IMG/VR virus record: IMGVR_UViG_3300020045_013880
Location: 140 to 64,139 of that record
Source: a virus
Length of the DNA: 64,000 bases
Strand: one strand, 5' to 3'
The position numbers and the translations under genes were made by a program. Numbering within the stretch: position 1 is the stretch's first letter; every line of letters begins with the position of its first letter. The notes under the pieces are model-generated. The model saw nothing but the letters and a program-made list of their open reading frames with translations. It made no database searches and had not been told where the DNA came from. Positions 39,506 to 49,930 of the stretch are shown in pieces.

Positions 39506-40081
39506 ATGAGAAAAAGCAGTAGTGATGATTGCATTTGGAAGATAAACCCAAAGGAGTTTTCGAGATTAGTTGATGACAGGATTGACATTGACCCAAGTTT
39601 AGCGAAAGAGTTATTCAAGTTTTTGATAGAAGTTATCAAGAATGGCTTGATGGATGGCAAGATAGTTCATCTTGAAAGTTTGGGATATTTTTATTTGCAC
39701 ATTATGAATCGTAGTTATTTTTGGAAGAATGAAAGGTACTTTAATGTTGACTCAAAGGTTATTGTGAAGCCTAATTTTCGTCCATCGAATATTGTTTTAG
39801 CGAGATTCACTAAGAGATTTGGTGAGGACAATATTTTTGAGGGCTTGGAATTAGTTCAGAGGTACGAAGACAAGATAGCTCCGAGTGAAATTAAGGAGCA
39901 CGCTTTGATTAAGGATTTGGCAACGAGAAGTTTCCCAGACTTAGAAGAGGAAGAGAGTATTCGTAATCATTACGAGCGAGACATTAAGAAGTTGGAGCGT
40001 AATTTAAAAACACTTAAAATTAAAATGCAGAATGACATCAATAAAGTTAGAAGGAAAAATAATGCTCGGCAACAACATTGA
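39506..40081 (+). CDS. HU/IHF-like DNA-binding protein with C-terminal extension
   Basis: FLIEVIKNGL.DGKIVHLESLGYF ... VKPNFRPS pattern. Confidence 0.6.
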   Translation: MRKSSSDDCIWKINPKEFSRLVDDRIDIDPSLAKELFKFLIEVIKNGLMDGKIVHLESLGYFYLHIMNRSYFWKNERYFNVDSKVIVKPNFRPSNIVLARFTKRFGEDNIFEGLELVQRYEDKIAPSEIKEHALIKDLATRSFPDLEEEESIRNHYERDIKKLERNLKTLKIKMQNDINKVRRKNNARQQH

Positions 40082-40859
40082 CCACATGAATTTAATGAGT
40101 GATGGAATGATTGATTTGATTATCACTTCACCTCCTTACGATGATGAACGAGAGTATGATGGTTACGAGTTTGACTTTCAGAAAACTGCTAATGCTGCGT
40201 ATCGAGTGTTGAGGGATAAGGGCGTAATGATTTGGAATGTTGGAGATAAAGTAAAAGATTTGAAGTTAAAATGTGGTTCGGTAAACAATACTGACAGTTT
40301 GACATCATTTAGACAAGCTATTTATTTGCAGGAGATTGGTTTTAGTGTTCGAGTTATGATTTTCCGTAAGCAGAACTATATGCCAGTTTCTTTAGATGCT
40401 TCTCATTATGCGAAAGAGTTTGAGTACATTTTTGTTTGCACGAAGGGTGGAATTCCATCAGTTAGTAATTTACTAAAAGTTGACACACAAAATGCTGGTC
40501 AGTCTGGTACGAAGACTCGATGGAGGAAAGATGGAGGGAAAGACAGTTTTACTTCGGAAGTTAAGGAAAAGAAAGTAAAAGGTAATATTTTTACTTATGT
40601 TGTTGGTAATGCTAATGATGATGACAAAACATTACATCCAGCAGTTTTTCCAGAGAAATTTGCGAGAGATATGATTTTTTCTTTCTCCAATAAAGGAGAT
40701 TTGGTTTATGATATGTTTGGCGGTAGTGGTACTACTTGCAAGATGGCCGAGTTGATGGGTCGTAGATGGCTTATGAGTGAATGGAGTGAAAATAATTGTG
40801 AAAAATCAAAACTAAGAATAGAAAACTATGCAAGTAGAACAATCGAAATCATGCGGTAA
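40032..40859 (+). CDS. N4-cytosine/N6-adenine DNA methyltransferase (beta class)
   Basis: ITSPPY precedes HPAVFP and DMFGGSGTT. Confidence 0.9.
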   Translation: MTSIKLEGKIMLGNNIDHMNLMSDGMIDLIITSPPYDDEREYDGYEFDFQKTANAAYRVLRDKGVMIWNVGDKVKDLKLKCGSVNNTDSLTSFRQAIYLQEIGFSVRVMIFRKQNYMPVSLDASHYAKEFEYIFVCTKGGIPSVSNLLKVDTQNAGQSGTKTRWRKDGGKDSFTSEVKEKKVKGNIFTYVVGNANDDDKTLHPAVFPEKFARDMIFSFSNKGDLVYDMFGGSGTTCKMAELMGRRWLMSEWSENNCEKSKLRIENYASRTIEIMR

Positions 40860-41037
40860 TTGTGTTTTTCTTCAATATACTCCAGCTCAAATAAGAAATG
40901 CTGAGATATGGAAGAAAGATGTAAACAAATCTGTTTGGGGCTACTGTCCAAAGAATGGAAATAATTTTTATAAGAATCAAACTTGCGAAAAACATGAACC
41001 CAAGGAATCCATTTCAGAAAGCACAAACTTGGTATGA
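40828..41037 (+). CDS. small Cys-rich protein
   Basis: SCGNC ... GYCP ... TCEKH. Confidence 0.5.
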   Translation: MQVEQSKSCGNCVFLQYTPAQIRNAEIWKKDVNKSVWGYCPKNGNNFYKNQTCEKHEPKESISESTNLV

Positions 41038-41272
41038 GTTTGGGCCACAAATTGATAATGTCAACAATGAAAACAGAACTTATGCTGATGTAGTGTTTAA
41101 CATGAATGACATTGAAGCATTAGTCAGATATGTTGATGATGAAAAAAAGATTGACAATACTTGCACTCTTATTAAATTTAAGAGTGGCAATAGTTTTGTA
41201 GTTAATTTGAATTTTGATTACTTGGTTGATAGGTTAGATAAGTTTTACAATCAAAAAATATGCTTTAACTGA
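40955..41272 (+). CDS. hypothetical protein
   Basis: Likely start is MNPRNPF. Confidence 0.55.
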   Translation: MEIIFIRIKLAKNMNPRNPFQKAQTWYEFGPQIDNVNNENRTYADVVFNMNDIEALVRYVDDEKKIDNTCTLIKFKSGNSFVVNLNFDYLVDRLDKFYNQKICFN

Positions 41273-41982
41273 TGGAATTGGCAAAAAACACATTTTTATA
41301 TTACGATTTACGGCAAACGGTGGCTGCGGATTGGAATTACAAGGAAGACGACGACGATTTGATGAAGAAGTTGATTTTAAATCTGCTTACTTCTGGAAAT
41401 ATTGTGAGTTGCATTCTCAGAACAAACGAGAGAAATGAAATTGAAGTTGTTGATGGCAACCACAGGAGACAAGCAATCGTAAAAGTTCTGGATTGTGTTG
41501 ATAATATAGAAAATTACTCTGATGGTGACATTGAGTTGTTTTATGCGACTAAATATTTGGAATCTGGGTTGGATTTTACACAAGTGATGTGTTATTATGC
41601 TGGTGCAATTACAATCAGCGAAGCAAAAACGATTTCTTTAAAAGTGAATGAGACTCGATTTGCTTCAAATCAAGAAAAGTTGAAGCAAATTATCGAAAAT
41701 TTGAATTTTGAGTTTGGCGACTCAATTTTTGAGCAGCTTCCATTTGAGAAAACAGACTTTTTTCTTCCAGAAATTCCGATGTCATTTTCAAATAACGGAT
41801 TTGATGATACTTTCCAGAATGAATACTCAAATCAACAAAACTGGAAGACTATAAAATTAGTAGTTAATGATGAAATTTATGAAAAATGGCTTGATATTCA
41901 GAGTGAGTTTCAAACTATGCACGATATTTCATCAAGTGAACGTATTTTTGAAAAACTTTTAGATACTTATGTCGAAAAATAG
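41272..41982 (+). CDS. ParB/Srx-like domain protein
   Basis: A.DWNYK and EVVDGNHR motifs; directly upstream of the terminase genes. Confidence 0.75.
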   Translation: MELAKNTFLYYDLRQTVAADWNYKEDDDDLMKKLILNLLTSGNIVSCILRTNERNEIEVVDGNHRRQAIVKVLDCVDNIENYSDGDIELFYATKYLESGLDFTQVMCYYAGAITISEAKTISLKVNETRFASNQEKLKQIIENLNFEFGDSIFEQLPFEKTDFFLPEIPMSFSNNGFDDTFQNEYSNQQNWKTIKLVVNDEIYEKWLDIQSEFQTMHDISSSERIFEKLLDTYVEK

Positions 41983-42478
41983 CAATTCTCCGATAAAAGA
42001 GGCTTTATTATTAGCTGAGGATAAGAAAAAGGCATTAACTTTTCCTACCGATGAAGAGATAATGAATACTTTTATCATCAAAAAGGGAAACATTTCAAGT
42101 ACTGCAAGAGAGTTAAATACTACTACTCGATACATCAATAGTAGAATAGCTATAAATCCAGAAATTGCACAAGCTCGTGAGCTTGGCAGAGTATCAACAG
42201 TTGATAATTTGTATGATATGATTGTCGCTGCGGTTCAGACTGGATATATAAGTTATTATACTTTAGGTGCAAACGGTGAGGCTTTAGAGGAAAAAGTAAA
42301 GATTGAGACAGGTACAAGAATGTTTCACATGATGAAGATTATTGACATCAACAAGTTAAGAATTGGAATTGTAAAGGAGCTCCCTAAACCGACAGTAAAT
42401 AACTTTGTCCAAGTCAATGTTTTGAGTAGTGACCAGTTATCAAAAATTGAAGACATTTTATCTGAGCAAATCGAATGA
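41969..42478 (+). CDS. terminase small subunit (putative)
   Basis: HTH GNISSTARELNTT; position before the large subunit. Confidence 0.65.
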   Translation: MSKNSNSPIKEALLLAEDKKKALTFPTDEEIMNTFIIKKGNISSTARELNTTTRYINSRIAINPEIAQARELGRVSTVDNLYDMIVAAVQTGYISYYTLGANGEALEEKVKIETGTRMFHMMKIIDINKLRIGIVKELPKPTVNNFVQVNVLSSDQLSKIEDILSEQIE

Positions 42479-43992
42479 CCGCAATACCAAAATACACAGT
42501 ACTCCCAGCTCAAAAAATACCAACTTACTGCTTTCCAGATAAGATTGATGAAGAATATGTTTTAAAACCAGCATATAAGCAGATTTTTACAGGTCAAATA
42601 ATATGGATTAATGATACATTTTACAAGATTTGGGATTGTAAGGCAAAGTATCAGATTCTAAAAGGTGGTGCTGGTTCTGGTAAATCTGCTTATGTTGCCA
42701 GGCGTTTGCTTGTAAAAGCATTAACAAATAAATACTTCAGATGCCTTTACTTGCGTAAAAAGTTTAGTGACATTAAGAAATCTTGCTTTCAGCTATTCAA
42801 AGACGTTATTGACCAATACGGATGGACTGATTTGTTTACTATTCGAGAGTCGGATTACGAAATCATCTGTAACTCCAATGGCAATAAGCTAATTCCAGCA
42901 GGTCTTGACAATGTTGATAACTTAAAATCAGTTGAAGGTATTACGGATGTATGGATTGAGGAAGCAGTTACTCGTGATGAAAAGGTTTCTGATGAAGAAT
43001 TTCGTGAGCTTATCAGACGTGTAAGAACCAGCAAAGCAGATTTGTTTTTCTACATTACTTTCAATCCAGTTGATACTGATAATTTCATTTACAGGCTTTT
43101 TGTAGAAAAGAAAAAATATCCAGAGTACGACCCAGAGAATCCAAAGAAAAACTCATTCATTTTACATACTTCAACTTATAAGGATAACTTTTTTCTCGAT
43201 GAAACATACATTGAGGAATATGATATGCTTAAAGATGATGATTACAATGAATGGCTCGTATATGCTTGTGGTGAGTGGGGAAACCCAAGGACAGGAAAAG
43301 AGTATTTGCACGCTTTTGTTTCGAGTATGCACATAAAATCATTTGATTATGACCCGAGGCTTGAAACTATTTTGGTTTGGGATTTTAACGTAAATCCATA
43401 TATCTCAGCATTAGTGTTTCAGATAAAGTATGTCGATGGCCGCAAGCAAATTCGATGCGTAGATGAAATTTGTTTAGAGCATCCAAGAAATGACATTGAT
43501 GAATCGGTAGAGGAAATGAAGGATAGAAATTATCTCGGCTTCATGAAAAATATACGTTGGGTTTGCGATGCTTCTGGTAAAAACAGAGTAGCTGGATTTG
43601 GAGACAGTAAAGAAGTAATTCCATACTGGAGATTAAAGAGAATGATTGAAAAATATGTTTCTCGAAAGTCAGATGCTTGCCATACAATGAAGAAAAATCC
43701 ATTCAGTATAGTTGCTCGTTCAGCATTGAATAGAATCTTGAAAGGATGGCTTCCAGTATCATATAAAAAGTCAAATATTGATTTTTATGTTTCAGAAAGA
43801 TGCGTAAAAACAATCCATGAGTGTAGATATATTCAAGTTGACAATTCGAGTAAAGAAGGTTTTGATAAAGAAAGAACGACTGTAAATGGCAAGACAGTTG
43901 AAAAAATGGGCCACACAACATCTTGTTTAATTTATGGACTTCATTATATTTGTCCAGAATATTTTGTAAAAAAGAAAAACTTACTAAAATGA
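42475..43992 (+). CDS. terL: terminase large subunit, PBSX-like
   Basis: LKGGAGSGKS, VWIEEA, TFNP, YKDNFFL, WDFNVNP, CDASG. Confidence 0.92.
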   Translation: MTAIPKYTVLPAQKIPTYCFPDKIDEEYVLKPAYKQIFTGQIIWINDTFYKIWDCKAKYQILKGGAGSGKSAYVARRLLVKALTNKYFRCLYLRKKFSDIKKSCFQLFKDVIDQYGWTDLFTIRESDYEIICNSNGNKLIPAGLDNVDNLKSVEGITDVWIEEAVTRDEKVSDEEFRELIRRVRTSKADLFFYITFNPVDTDNFIYRLFVEKKKYPEYDPENPKKNSFILHTSTYKDNFFLDETYIEEYDMLKDDDYNEWLVYACGEWGNPRTGKEYLHAFVSSMHIKSFDYDPRLETILVWDFNVNPYISALVFQIKYVDGRKQIRCVDEICLEHPRNDIDESVEEMKDRNYLGFMKNIRWVCDASGKNRVAGFGDSKEVIPYWRLKRMIEKYVSRKSDACHTMKKNPFSIVARSALNRILKGWLPVSYKKSNIDFYVSERCVKTIHECRYIQVDNSSKEGFDKERTTVNGKTVEKMGHTTSCLIYGLHYICPEYFVKKKNLLK

Positions 43993-45827
43993 TTTTATTT
44001 TCAGAGATAAGTAAAGGAAAAGAAATTGTTCAAACTGTAATAAACAAGGAAAAAGTACATCCTAATTATAGTAGAACAGTAGATTTAGCCAATGATTATT
44101 TGACTGCTATTACTGGAGTTGGATTTGAGAGATGGCTACATCAATTTTCTAAGCGTGAGACAAAAGAAGATTTTGAGACAAGAATACTTTTGACATCAAA
44201 AGTTTTTGTTCCAGCAATTAGCAACGTTCTGAATAAGTTCAACAAACTAACTGCCATCAAAAATGTAACTAAGTCTATAAATTTTGTTTCTGGTGAAAAC
44301 AGGGAGCAGAAAGTTATTGCTCTTAACGATTCAGAAAAACTAATGCTCAATAGTAGCTATGAAGATTTTGTTCGTCAGTTTCTTTTACCTCGCTCCCATC
44401 GTGACCCAAATTCTTTTTACACTATATTGTTTGATAAAGAAGGAGCTAAGAAGATTCCTTATTTAAAATTCTTTTCATCAAGTGAGTGTGTTTACTTTGA
44501 ATATGAAAATCCGAGTAAGATTGATTTTTTAGTCACAAAAGAAATAATTGCTACTAAAAAAAGAAATGGCGATTCACTTGAAGCTAAAGATTTTACTTTA
44601 TTCGCTGGAGAGTTGATACTCGAATATAAATTAGTCCTTCTTGGAACTGATGCTGGAAATGAAAATTCAGTTAATTTTAGAAGAGTTGATGTTCAATCAG
44701 AAATTGAGTATATAGATGACAACAAAAATGTTTATGCTGTAAAATCTTACAACACGAAATCAAAAGAAGTTCAAGCATTTAGACTTGGATACATTCTTGA
44801 TGCACAAACAGAGGAATCGACTTGCGTTAGTGTTATTGATGTAGCAATGCCAGTAATAAAAAGATTTATTTCTGTAATTAGTAATGCAGATGTATCTCGT
44901 AACATTCACTCATTTCCACAAAGAATGACTTATGTTGCACCTTGTGACTATCGAAGTGATGAAGGAGAATGCTCAAAAGGTGAAATGCCCGATGGAACTA
45001 AATGTCCGAGGTGTAAAGGAACAGGAAAGAAGAAAACTGAGTCACCGCTTGATACTCTCGAAGTAGATTTCCCAGATGATTTGAGTGCTGTTTTTGACAT
45101 TAGCAAGTTATCGGCTTATGCTAATCAGTCAACCGAGATTGTAGAGTTTCTTGATAAATTAGAGCAAAGACTTGAAAGAAGAATTTTTGCAGCGATATTC
45201 AATGCAGAAATGACACCTCATTCATCTTTAAGTGCTGTTGGCGATACAGTAACTGCTACTGAGGTGACTACTACTCGAAGTGACATAAATGATACTTTGA
45301 TTTTGACAGCTTCAATGATTTCAAAGTTCAAAAAATGGTCAGTTATTTTGAGAAACTACTATTTGTTCCCAAAAGACAATCAAGAAATTCTGGTAAATTA
45401 CGAATACCCGAATGACTTAAAACTTTCGAGCGTTGAGGAACTTCTTGCCCAGCTAAAACAAGCAAAAGAAGCAAATGCACCATATTTTGTAATTGAAGAA
45501 ATTACTCAGAACATTTCTGCAAAGCTATTCGATGGTGATGTAAAGAGCATGAATAAAATAGCATTGAAGAAAAGATTTGTACCATTTTTTGAAATGTCTT
45601 CTGAGTTTGTTTTGACAGGTTTTGAAAAAGGAGCAATTAATTTAGACGATTTCATTGTTTTTTATAATCAAGAAAGTATATTTGTGGACTTAGAAGATGA
45701 AAATCCATCACTTTACTTTCTAAAGCCCAAACTTCAAAAGGAAAAGGTATCTGATTTCATCAAAGAATTTTTAGTTAAATTTAAACAAAAAAACAAAAAC
45801 ACAGATGGCAGAGAAGAAAAAATCTAA
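43989..45827 (+). CDS. portal protein with zinc-finger insertion
   Basis: Follows terL with an ATGA overlap, about 612 aa; contains CPRCKGTG and TATEV. Confidence 0.75.
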   Translation: MILFSEISKGKEIVQTVINKEKVHPNYSRTVDLANDYLTAITGVGFERWLHQFSKRETKEDFETRILLTSKVFVPAISNVLNKFNKLTAIKNVTKSINFVSGENREQKVIALNDSEKLMLNSSYEDFVRQFLLPRSHRDPNSFYTILFDKEGAKKIPYLKFFSSSECVYFEYENPSKIDFLVTKEIIATKKRNGDSLEAKDFTLFAGELILEYKLVLLGTDAGNENSVNFRRVDVQSEIEYIDDNKNVYAVKSYNTKSKEVQAFRLGYILDAQTEESTCVSVIDVAMPVIKRFISVISNADVSRNIHSFPQRMTYVAPCDYRSDEGECSKGEMPDGTKCPRCKGTGKKKTESPLDTLEVDFPDDLSAVFDISKLSAYANQSTEIVEFLDKLEQRLERRIFAAIFNAEMTPHSSLSAVGDTVTATEVTTTRSDINDTLILTASMISKFKKWSVILRNYYLFPKDNQEILVNYEYPNDLKLSSVEELLAQLKQAKEANAPYFVIEEITQNISAKLFDGDVKSMNKIALKKRFVPFFEMSSEFVLTGFEKGAINLDDFIVFYNQESIFVDLEDENPSLYFLKPKLQKEKVSDFIKEFLVKFKQKNKNTDGREEKI

Positions 45828-46119
45828 TGCAGAGCCAGAAGAAGAATTTAATCCAAAAGACTTTATTCTTCACGGTCCACAAGACAGAGTTGTGTCTAAA
45901 ATTGTTAATGGAGAAAAAGTTTTCAATGTATTTTCTGGAAAAACACTTGAAAATCTTTCAATTAAAGAAAAATTAATTGATGGTCTTTGGACGATTGAAG
46001 ATGAAAAAACAAAAGAAGTTCGTGAGTTTATGCTTGCAAAAATTGAAGAAGAGCGTGTTGAAAAAGAGAGCAAATTGTCTTTGCAAGTTTCTCAAACTCC
46101 AGCCGCTCCAGTAGCTTAA
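45805..46119 (+). CDS. hypothetical protein
   Basis: In the head operon. Confidence 0.6.
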   Translation: MAEKKKSNAEPEEEFNPKDFILHGPQDRVVSKIVNGEKVFNVFSGKTLENLSIKEKLIDGLWTIEDEKTKEVREFMLAKIEEERVEKESKLSLQVSQTPAAPVA

Positions 46120-46384
46120 ATTTACAATTTTTAACTAATAATTTTAATTAAAATGGCTGAACAGACAGATAAACAAGCAAGAGTTGTTTCAGTAGCTTCA
46201 AAAGAAACTACTGACATGGCAAAATTTAAAAATACTGCTACTGGACAAGAAATCGAAATGCCAGAAGAAGTTTTTCAAAAGCTCGTAAATGAGCGTTATC
46301 CAGTCGACCACTTGGATAGAATTTAATTTTTTTACAATCAACTTGGTTTAAATTCCTTAAAACTTGGTTTAAATTCCCAAAAAC

Positions 46385-47167
46385 ATGAACGAAGCGTTAA
46401 AATTTTTAGCAAAATTGCTTGGATTGAAAGTAGATGAAATGGAAACGGTTACCGTAGATACATTAACTTCTGCATGGAATACAAAGCAAAAAGAACTTAC
46501 CGACAATGCACATCGCAGCGGTCAAGGTCAAGCATTTAAAGCAATCAGAACTTCATTGAAGTCGATTGGTATAAAAACAGATGAAGGAGACGATGCGGAA
46601 AAAATCGCTGAAACTGTAAAAGGATTCAAAGTTGATAATTCTGAAATCACTGATGAAGTTGTAAGAAGTCATAAGTCTTATGTTGATTTGAAAAAGGATT
46701 TTGATAAAACAAAATCAGACCTTGAAACAGAAAGAGCTGAAAGAGTTAGAGAATCAAACGTTAGAAATATTTCTGACAAAGTAAAATCTAAACTTGCTGA
46801 AAACTTTAAAATTCCAAAGAATGAAGAAGCAGCTCAGAAAAGAATGGATTTATTAGTTGGAGAGCTTTCAAAGATTACTGAGAAAAACGGTAATTTTTGG
46901 TTAGATGGTAAATTACTTGAAGATGAAAGTCATCAACCTTTAGTTTATGATGATATTATCAAAAAGTATGCTCTTACATTCTATGACGAAAAAGACTCTG
47001 ATGATTCTGATGAAGGAGATTCTCCATCAAAAGATAAATCACAACGTCAACCAGCTCCAAAGAGTTTGACACCAAAGACAAATGAAGAATTGAACGCAAT
47101 TTTAGTTAACGAACAGTTCACAGAAGAACAAAAAAACGAAGCGTTTTCATTTTTTCACAAAAAATAA
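46385..47167 (+). CDS. capsid scaffolding protein (putative)
   Basis: Charged coiled-coil protein directly before the capsid gene. Confidence 0.65.
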   Translation: MNEALKFLAKLLGLKVDEMETVTVDTLTSAWNTKQKELTDNAHRSGQGQAFKAIRTSLKSIGIKTDEGDDAEKIAETVKGFKVDNSEITDEVVRSHKSYVDLKKDFDKTKSDLETERAERVRESNVRNISDKVKSKLAENFKIPKNEEAAQKRMDLLVGELSKITEKNGNFWLDGKLLEDESHQPLVYDDIIKKYALTFYDEKDSDDSDEGDSPSKDKSQRQPAPKSLTPKTNEELNAILVNEQFTEEQKNEAFSFFHKK

Positions 47168-47176
47168 TTTTTAAAA

Positions 47177-48310
47177 ATGGCACAAGGAGATTTTTCTGCT
47201 GGTTCACTTCCTCAATGGAAGTTCAGATTAGAGCAAATTATGAAAGGTTCTTTATCTTTACAAAGAACACCAGCACAAACTGCATTTATTAACACACTTA
47301 CCGAGAGAGACAACTCTACTATGGAACGTATGTGGAATGATGCTAGAAATAAATGTCTCGGATTTCGTGTTACTTGGATGAAAGAAACTCCAGTAGAAGC
47401 AACGAGAAGCGTAACATCAAATTTGTTTGACCCAGTTTGTGATTTTGAAGGAGATGAAGGCGAAGCTACTTATCAAGATTTTTCAGGCTTACAACACTTT
47501 GAGGCAGAAGTAAAGGTGAAAGACGATAACTGTCCTAATTTATTCGACAAAGCTGAGAAAATTGCTGAAAGGGTAGCGGAAGCTAAAAAATCAATCATCA
47601 ATTCAATCAATGCTTATTACGCTGCAAAATTGAACAGTTATGCTGGTGTTCAAAAATACACTGCAACTGACAATATCAATTTAGCTGTAACTGCCAACGC
47701 TGGACTTCTTAGCAAAGTAAACCCTGGCAATATCAACCATATTGACTTCTCTGCTTATATGAACTTTGTGAAAGTTTTCAATAAGTACAGCGATTTGAAA
47801 GTTCTTGATGGCCAAGCATTCGCTAAATTTTTAAATACAGCTCAGATTCTTGATGGAAGTCTTTCAAAAGACGAACGTCAAACTATTTTGAGTAGCTATT
47901 TAGGAATGTATGAATCAGCACCGCTTGATTTTATCACTAATGAGTTTACGAACAACTTCTTTTTGATTCAGAAAGGAGTTATTGCTACCGCTTTTCATAA
48001 TTCTCACCCAAGCACTCCTACAATGAGAGATGCTAACAATGCAGTTAAGCGTTTGCTTTATACTGAGCCATTGGGAATTAATGACAGATACGGTCGTCCA
48101 GTAATGTGTGATGTATCTTACAAAGAGACAGAAGGTGCAAATGACGATGATAAAACTTGTAATATTTATCATAATTGGCACTTCCGTGTTTGGGCTGATG
48201 CTTATCAAAATCCATTGTCTGGAGATGGTAGAACAGGTGTATTGAAGTACTTCGTTGACCCAACAGTAACGAAACTTACAAACCCTTATTTCCCTACTTA
48301 TTCAGCCTAA
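47177..48310 (+). CDS. major capsid protein (putative)
   Basis: 377 aa, after the scaffold and before a terminator. Confidence 0.75.
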   Translation: MAQGDFSAGSLPQWKFRLEQIMKGSLSLQRTPAQTAFINTLTERDNSTMERMWNDARNKCLGFRVTWMKETPVEATRSVTSNLFDPVCDFEGDEGEATYQDFSGLQHFEAEVKVKDDNCPNLFDKAEKIAERVAEAKKSIINSINAYYAAKLNSYAGVQKYTATDNINLAVTANAGLLSKVNPGNINHIDFSAYMNFVKVFNKYSDLKVLDGQAFAKFLNTAQILDGSLSKDERQTILSSYLGMYESAPLDFITNEFTNNFFLIQKGVIATAFHNSHPSTPTMRDANNAVKRLLYTEPLGINDRYGRPVMCDVSYKETEGANDDDKTCNIYHNWHFRVWADAYQNPLSGDGRTGVLKYFVDPTVTKLTNPYFPTYSA

Positions 48311-48335
48311 TTTGTAAGTATTGTAATTTCTCTTT

Positions 48336-48371
48336 AAATTGGAGCTTAATTAACTTTAAGCTCCAATTTTT
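48336..48371 (+). terminator. terminator after the capsid gene
   Basis: AAATTGGAGCTTAA-N-TTAAGCTCCAATTTTT. Confidence 0.8.
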
Positions 48372-49412
48372 ATGTCAACTATAAACGAAAAGTTTTCATG
48401 CCTTGATGGGCTTGTCGGCATCACAAACTCTGATTGTGAGTGCTTAGGAACTATTCTTGATTCATACAAAGTCTCTTCTCAGTCAATATTCATCGACCAA
48501 ATTTTAAATCCTGTAATTGAGCTTCGATATAATAACTGTAACGATGTAAATGCAAATGCTTGGGCTGGAATTGTAGAAAAAAGAATTGATGCAATAAATT
48601 CAGTAGGAAATGAGATTTCTCTCAGACTTACAGAGAAATATGACAAAATGCACAACACTTTTGATGTAATTATTGGCCGACAAACATTTGTTTCAACAGA
48701 TTATGGAGTTCAAGAGCCAGAATTAGTTTTCAAAACAAAAAAGATTGATGGATATAAGTTTTCTATCCATAGAATAGGTTTGCTTGTTAATACATCAAGA
48801 GAAATTATTGTTTCAATAACAAAAGCAAGTGAAGATGGAACATCTGTACTTTTAAGAGATATTGCTGTTAATGCCATAAACTCTACTCCAAACTTGTTCA
48901 CTATAAAAAGTGACAATGTTTCAGACCCAGTAGTATTAGATTGTGATGGTTCGACTTATTATTTCAATTTTGAGCTTGATGGTTTTTCTGTAATGAACAA
49001 TCAAATTTACAATTCTTGTAGTAAATGTAATGACGACTTAGTTCCATTCATTAAGTTTCTTGACTGCGAATTTAAGAATATCAATAAAAATAAGGCAAAT
49101 GGTTTTATTCTTGATATTAAAGGGTTTTGTGACATTGAAAGACTCCTTTGTTTAATGCTTTCAGAGTCTCCAGAGCTTTCTTTTCTTGTAGGAAAGGTGA
49201 TTGCATACAAAACAGCATTAAACTGCTTACAAGCAGCGAAAGTATCAGCATCAAAATTCAATCTCATTGCTAATAACAACATTGATGAAACAATTTTGAT
49301 ATACGAAAAAGAATATTATGCTGGAATAAATCGCTTTTTGAAAGCAGATTTGCCGGTAATAAACAAAAGTTGTTTTTGCAAAAACTCAAAGAATAAAATA
49401 GCTGTTCGATGA
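48372..49412 (+). CDS. head completion/adaptor protein (putative)
   Basis: Position after the capsid gene; Cys-rich. Confidence 0.5.
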   Translation: MSTINEKFSCLDGLVGITNSDCECLGTILDSYKVSSQSIFIDQILNPVIELRYNNCNDVNANAWAGIVEKRIDAINSVGNEISLRLTEKYDKMHNTFDVIIGRQTFVSTDYGVQEPELVFKTKKIDGYKFSIHRIGLLVNTSREIIVSITKASEDGTSVLLRDIAVNAINSTPNLFTIKSDNVSDPVVLDCDGSTYYFNFELDGFSVMNNQIYNSCSKCNDDLVPFIKFLDCEFKNINKNKANGFILDIKGFCDIERLLCLMLSESPELSFLVGKVIAYKTALNCLQAAKVSASKFNLIANNNIDETILIYEKEYYAGINRFLKADLPVINKSCFCKNSKNKIAVR

Positions 49413-49930
49413 TAAATACAAGAGATTACAGAAAGTTTATGAGAAACATGGTTTCAAAAGTCCGTAGGCAGACTAATGATTCTATGTTTGAATTTGCTGT
49501 AAAAACTTTTGAGCAACTAAGGGAAGAGTCTATTAAGAATGGAATAAATTTTGATGGAATTGATGGAAAAAAGACAACATATTCTGACAAAAAGATTCCT
49601 TCATGGATGCGAGCAAAGTATATTTTAAATTCGGCTGGTGCCTATTCTGTAAAGTTCATTCCGATGCAGTCTTGGGGTGATTTTAGGAAAGGGCAAGGAT
49701 TGAAAAGTAAATATGTGAATTTGAGTTATACTGGAGAGCATTGGGATTCTTACACTACTATAAGTTCTCATACAAAAATATACACTGTTTTCTTCGGAGA
49801 TGCAAATATTATGAGTAGTTTAGAGGAGAGGTACGGAGACTTTTACAATATTCCAGATAGAGTTCTCAAATCTTTTCAAGACTCAATTTTAAGAATTAAG
49901 TTTCACGAATCAATAAAGAAAAACTTATGA
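49409..49930 (+). CDS. neck/tail completion protein (putative)
   Basis: Basic protein with VNLSYTG..W.S motif. Confidence 0.5.
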   Translation: MINTRDYRKFMRNMVSKVRRQTNDSMFEFAVKTFEQLREESIKNGINFDGIDGKKTTYSDKKIPSWMRAKYILNSAGAYSVKFIPMQSWGDFRKGQGLKSKYVNLSYTGEHWDSYTTISSHTKIYTVFFGDANIMSSLEERYGDFYNIPDRVLKSFQDSILRIKFHESIKKNL

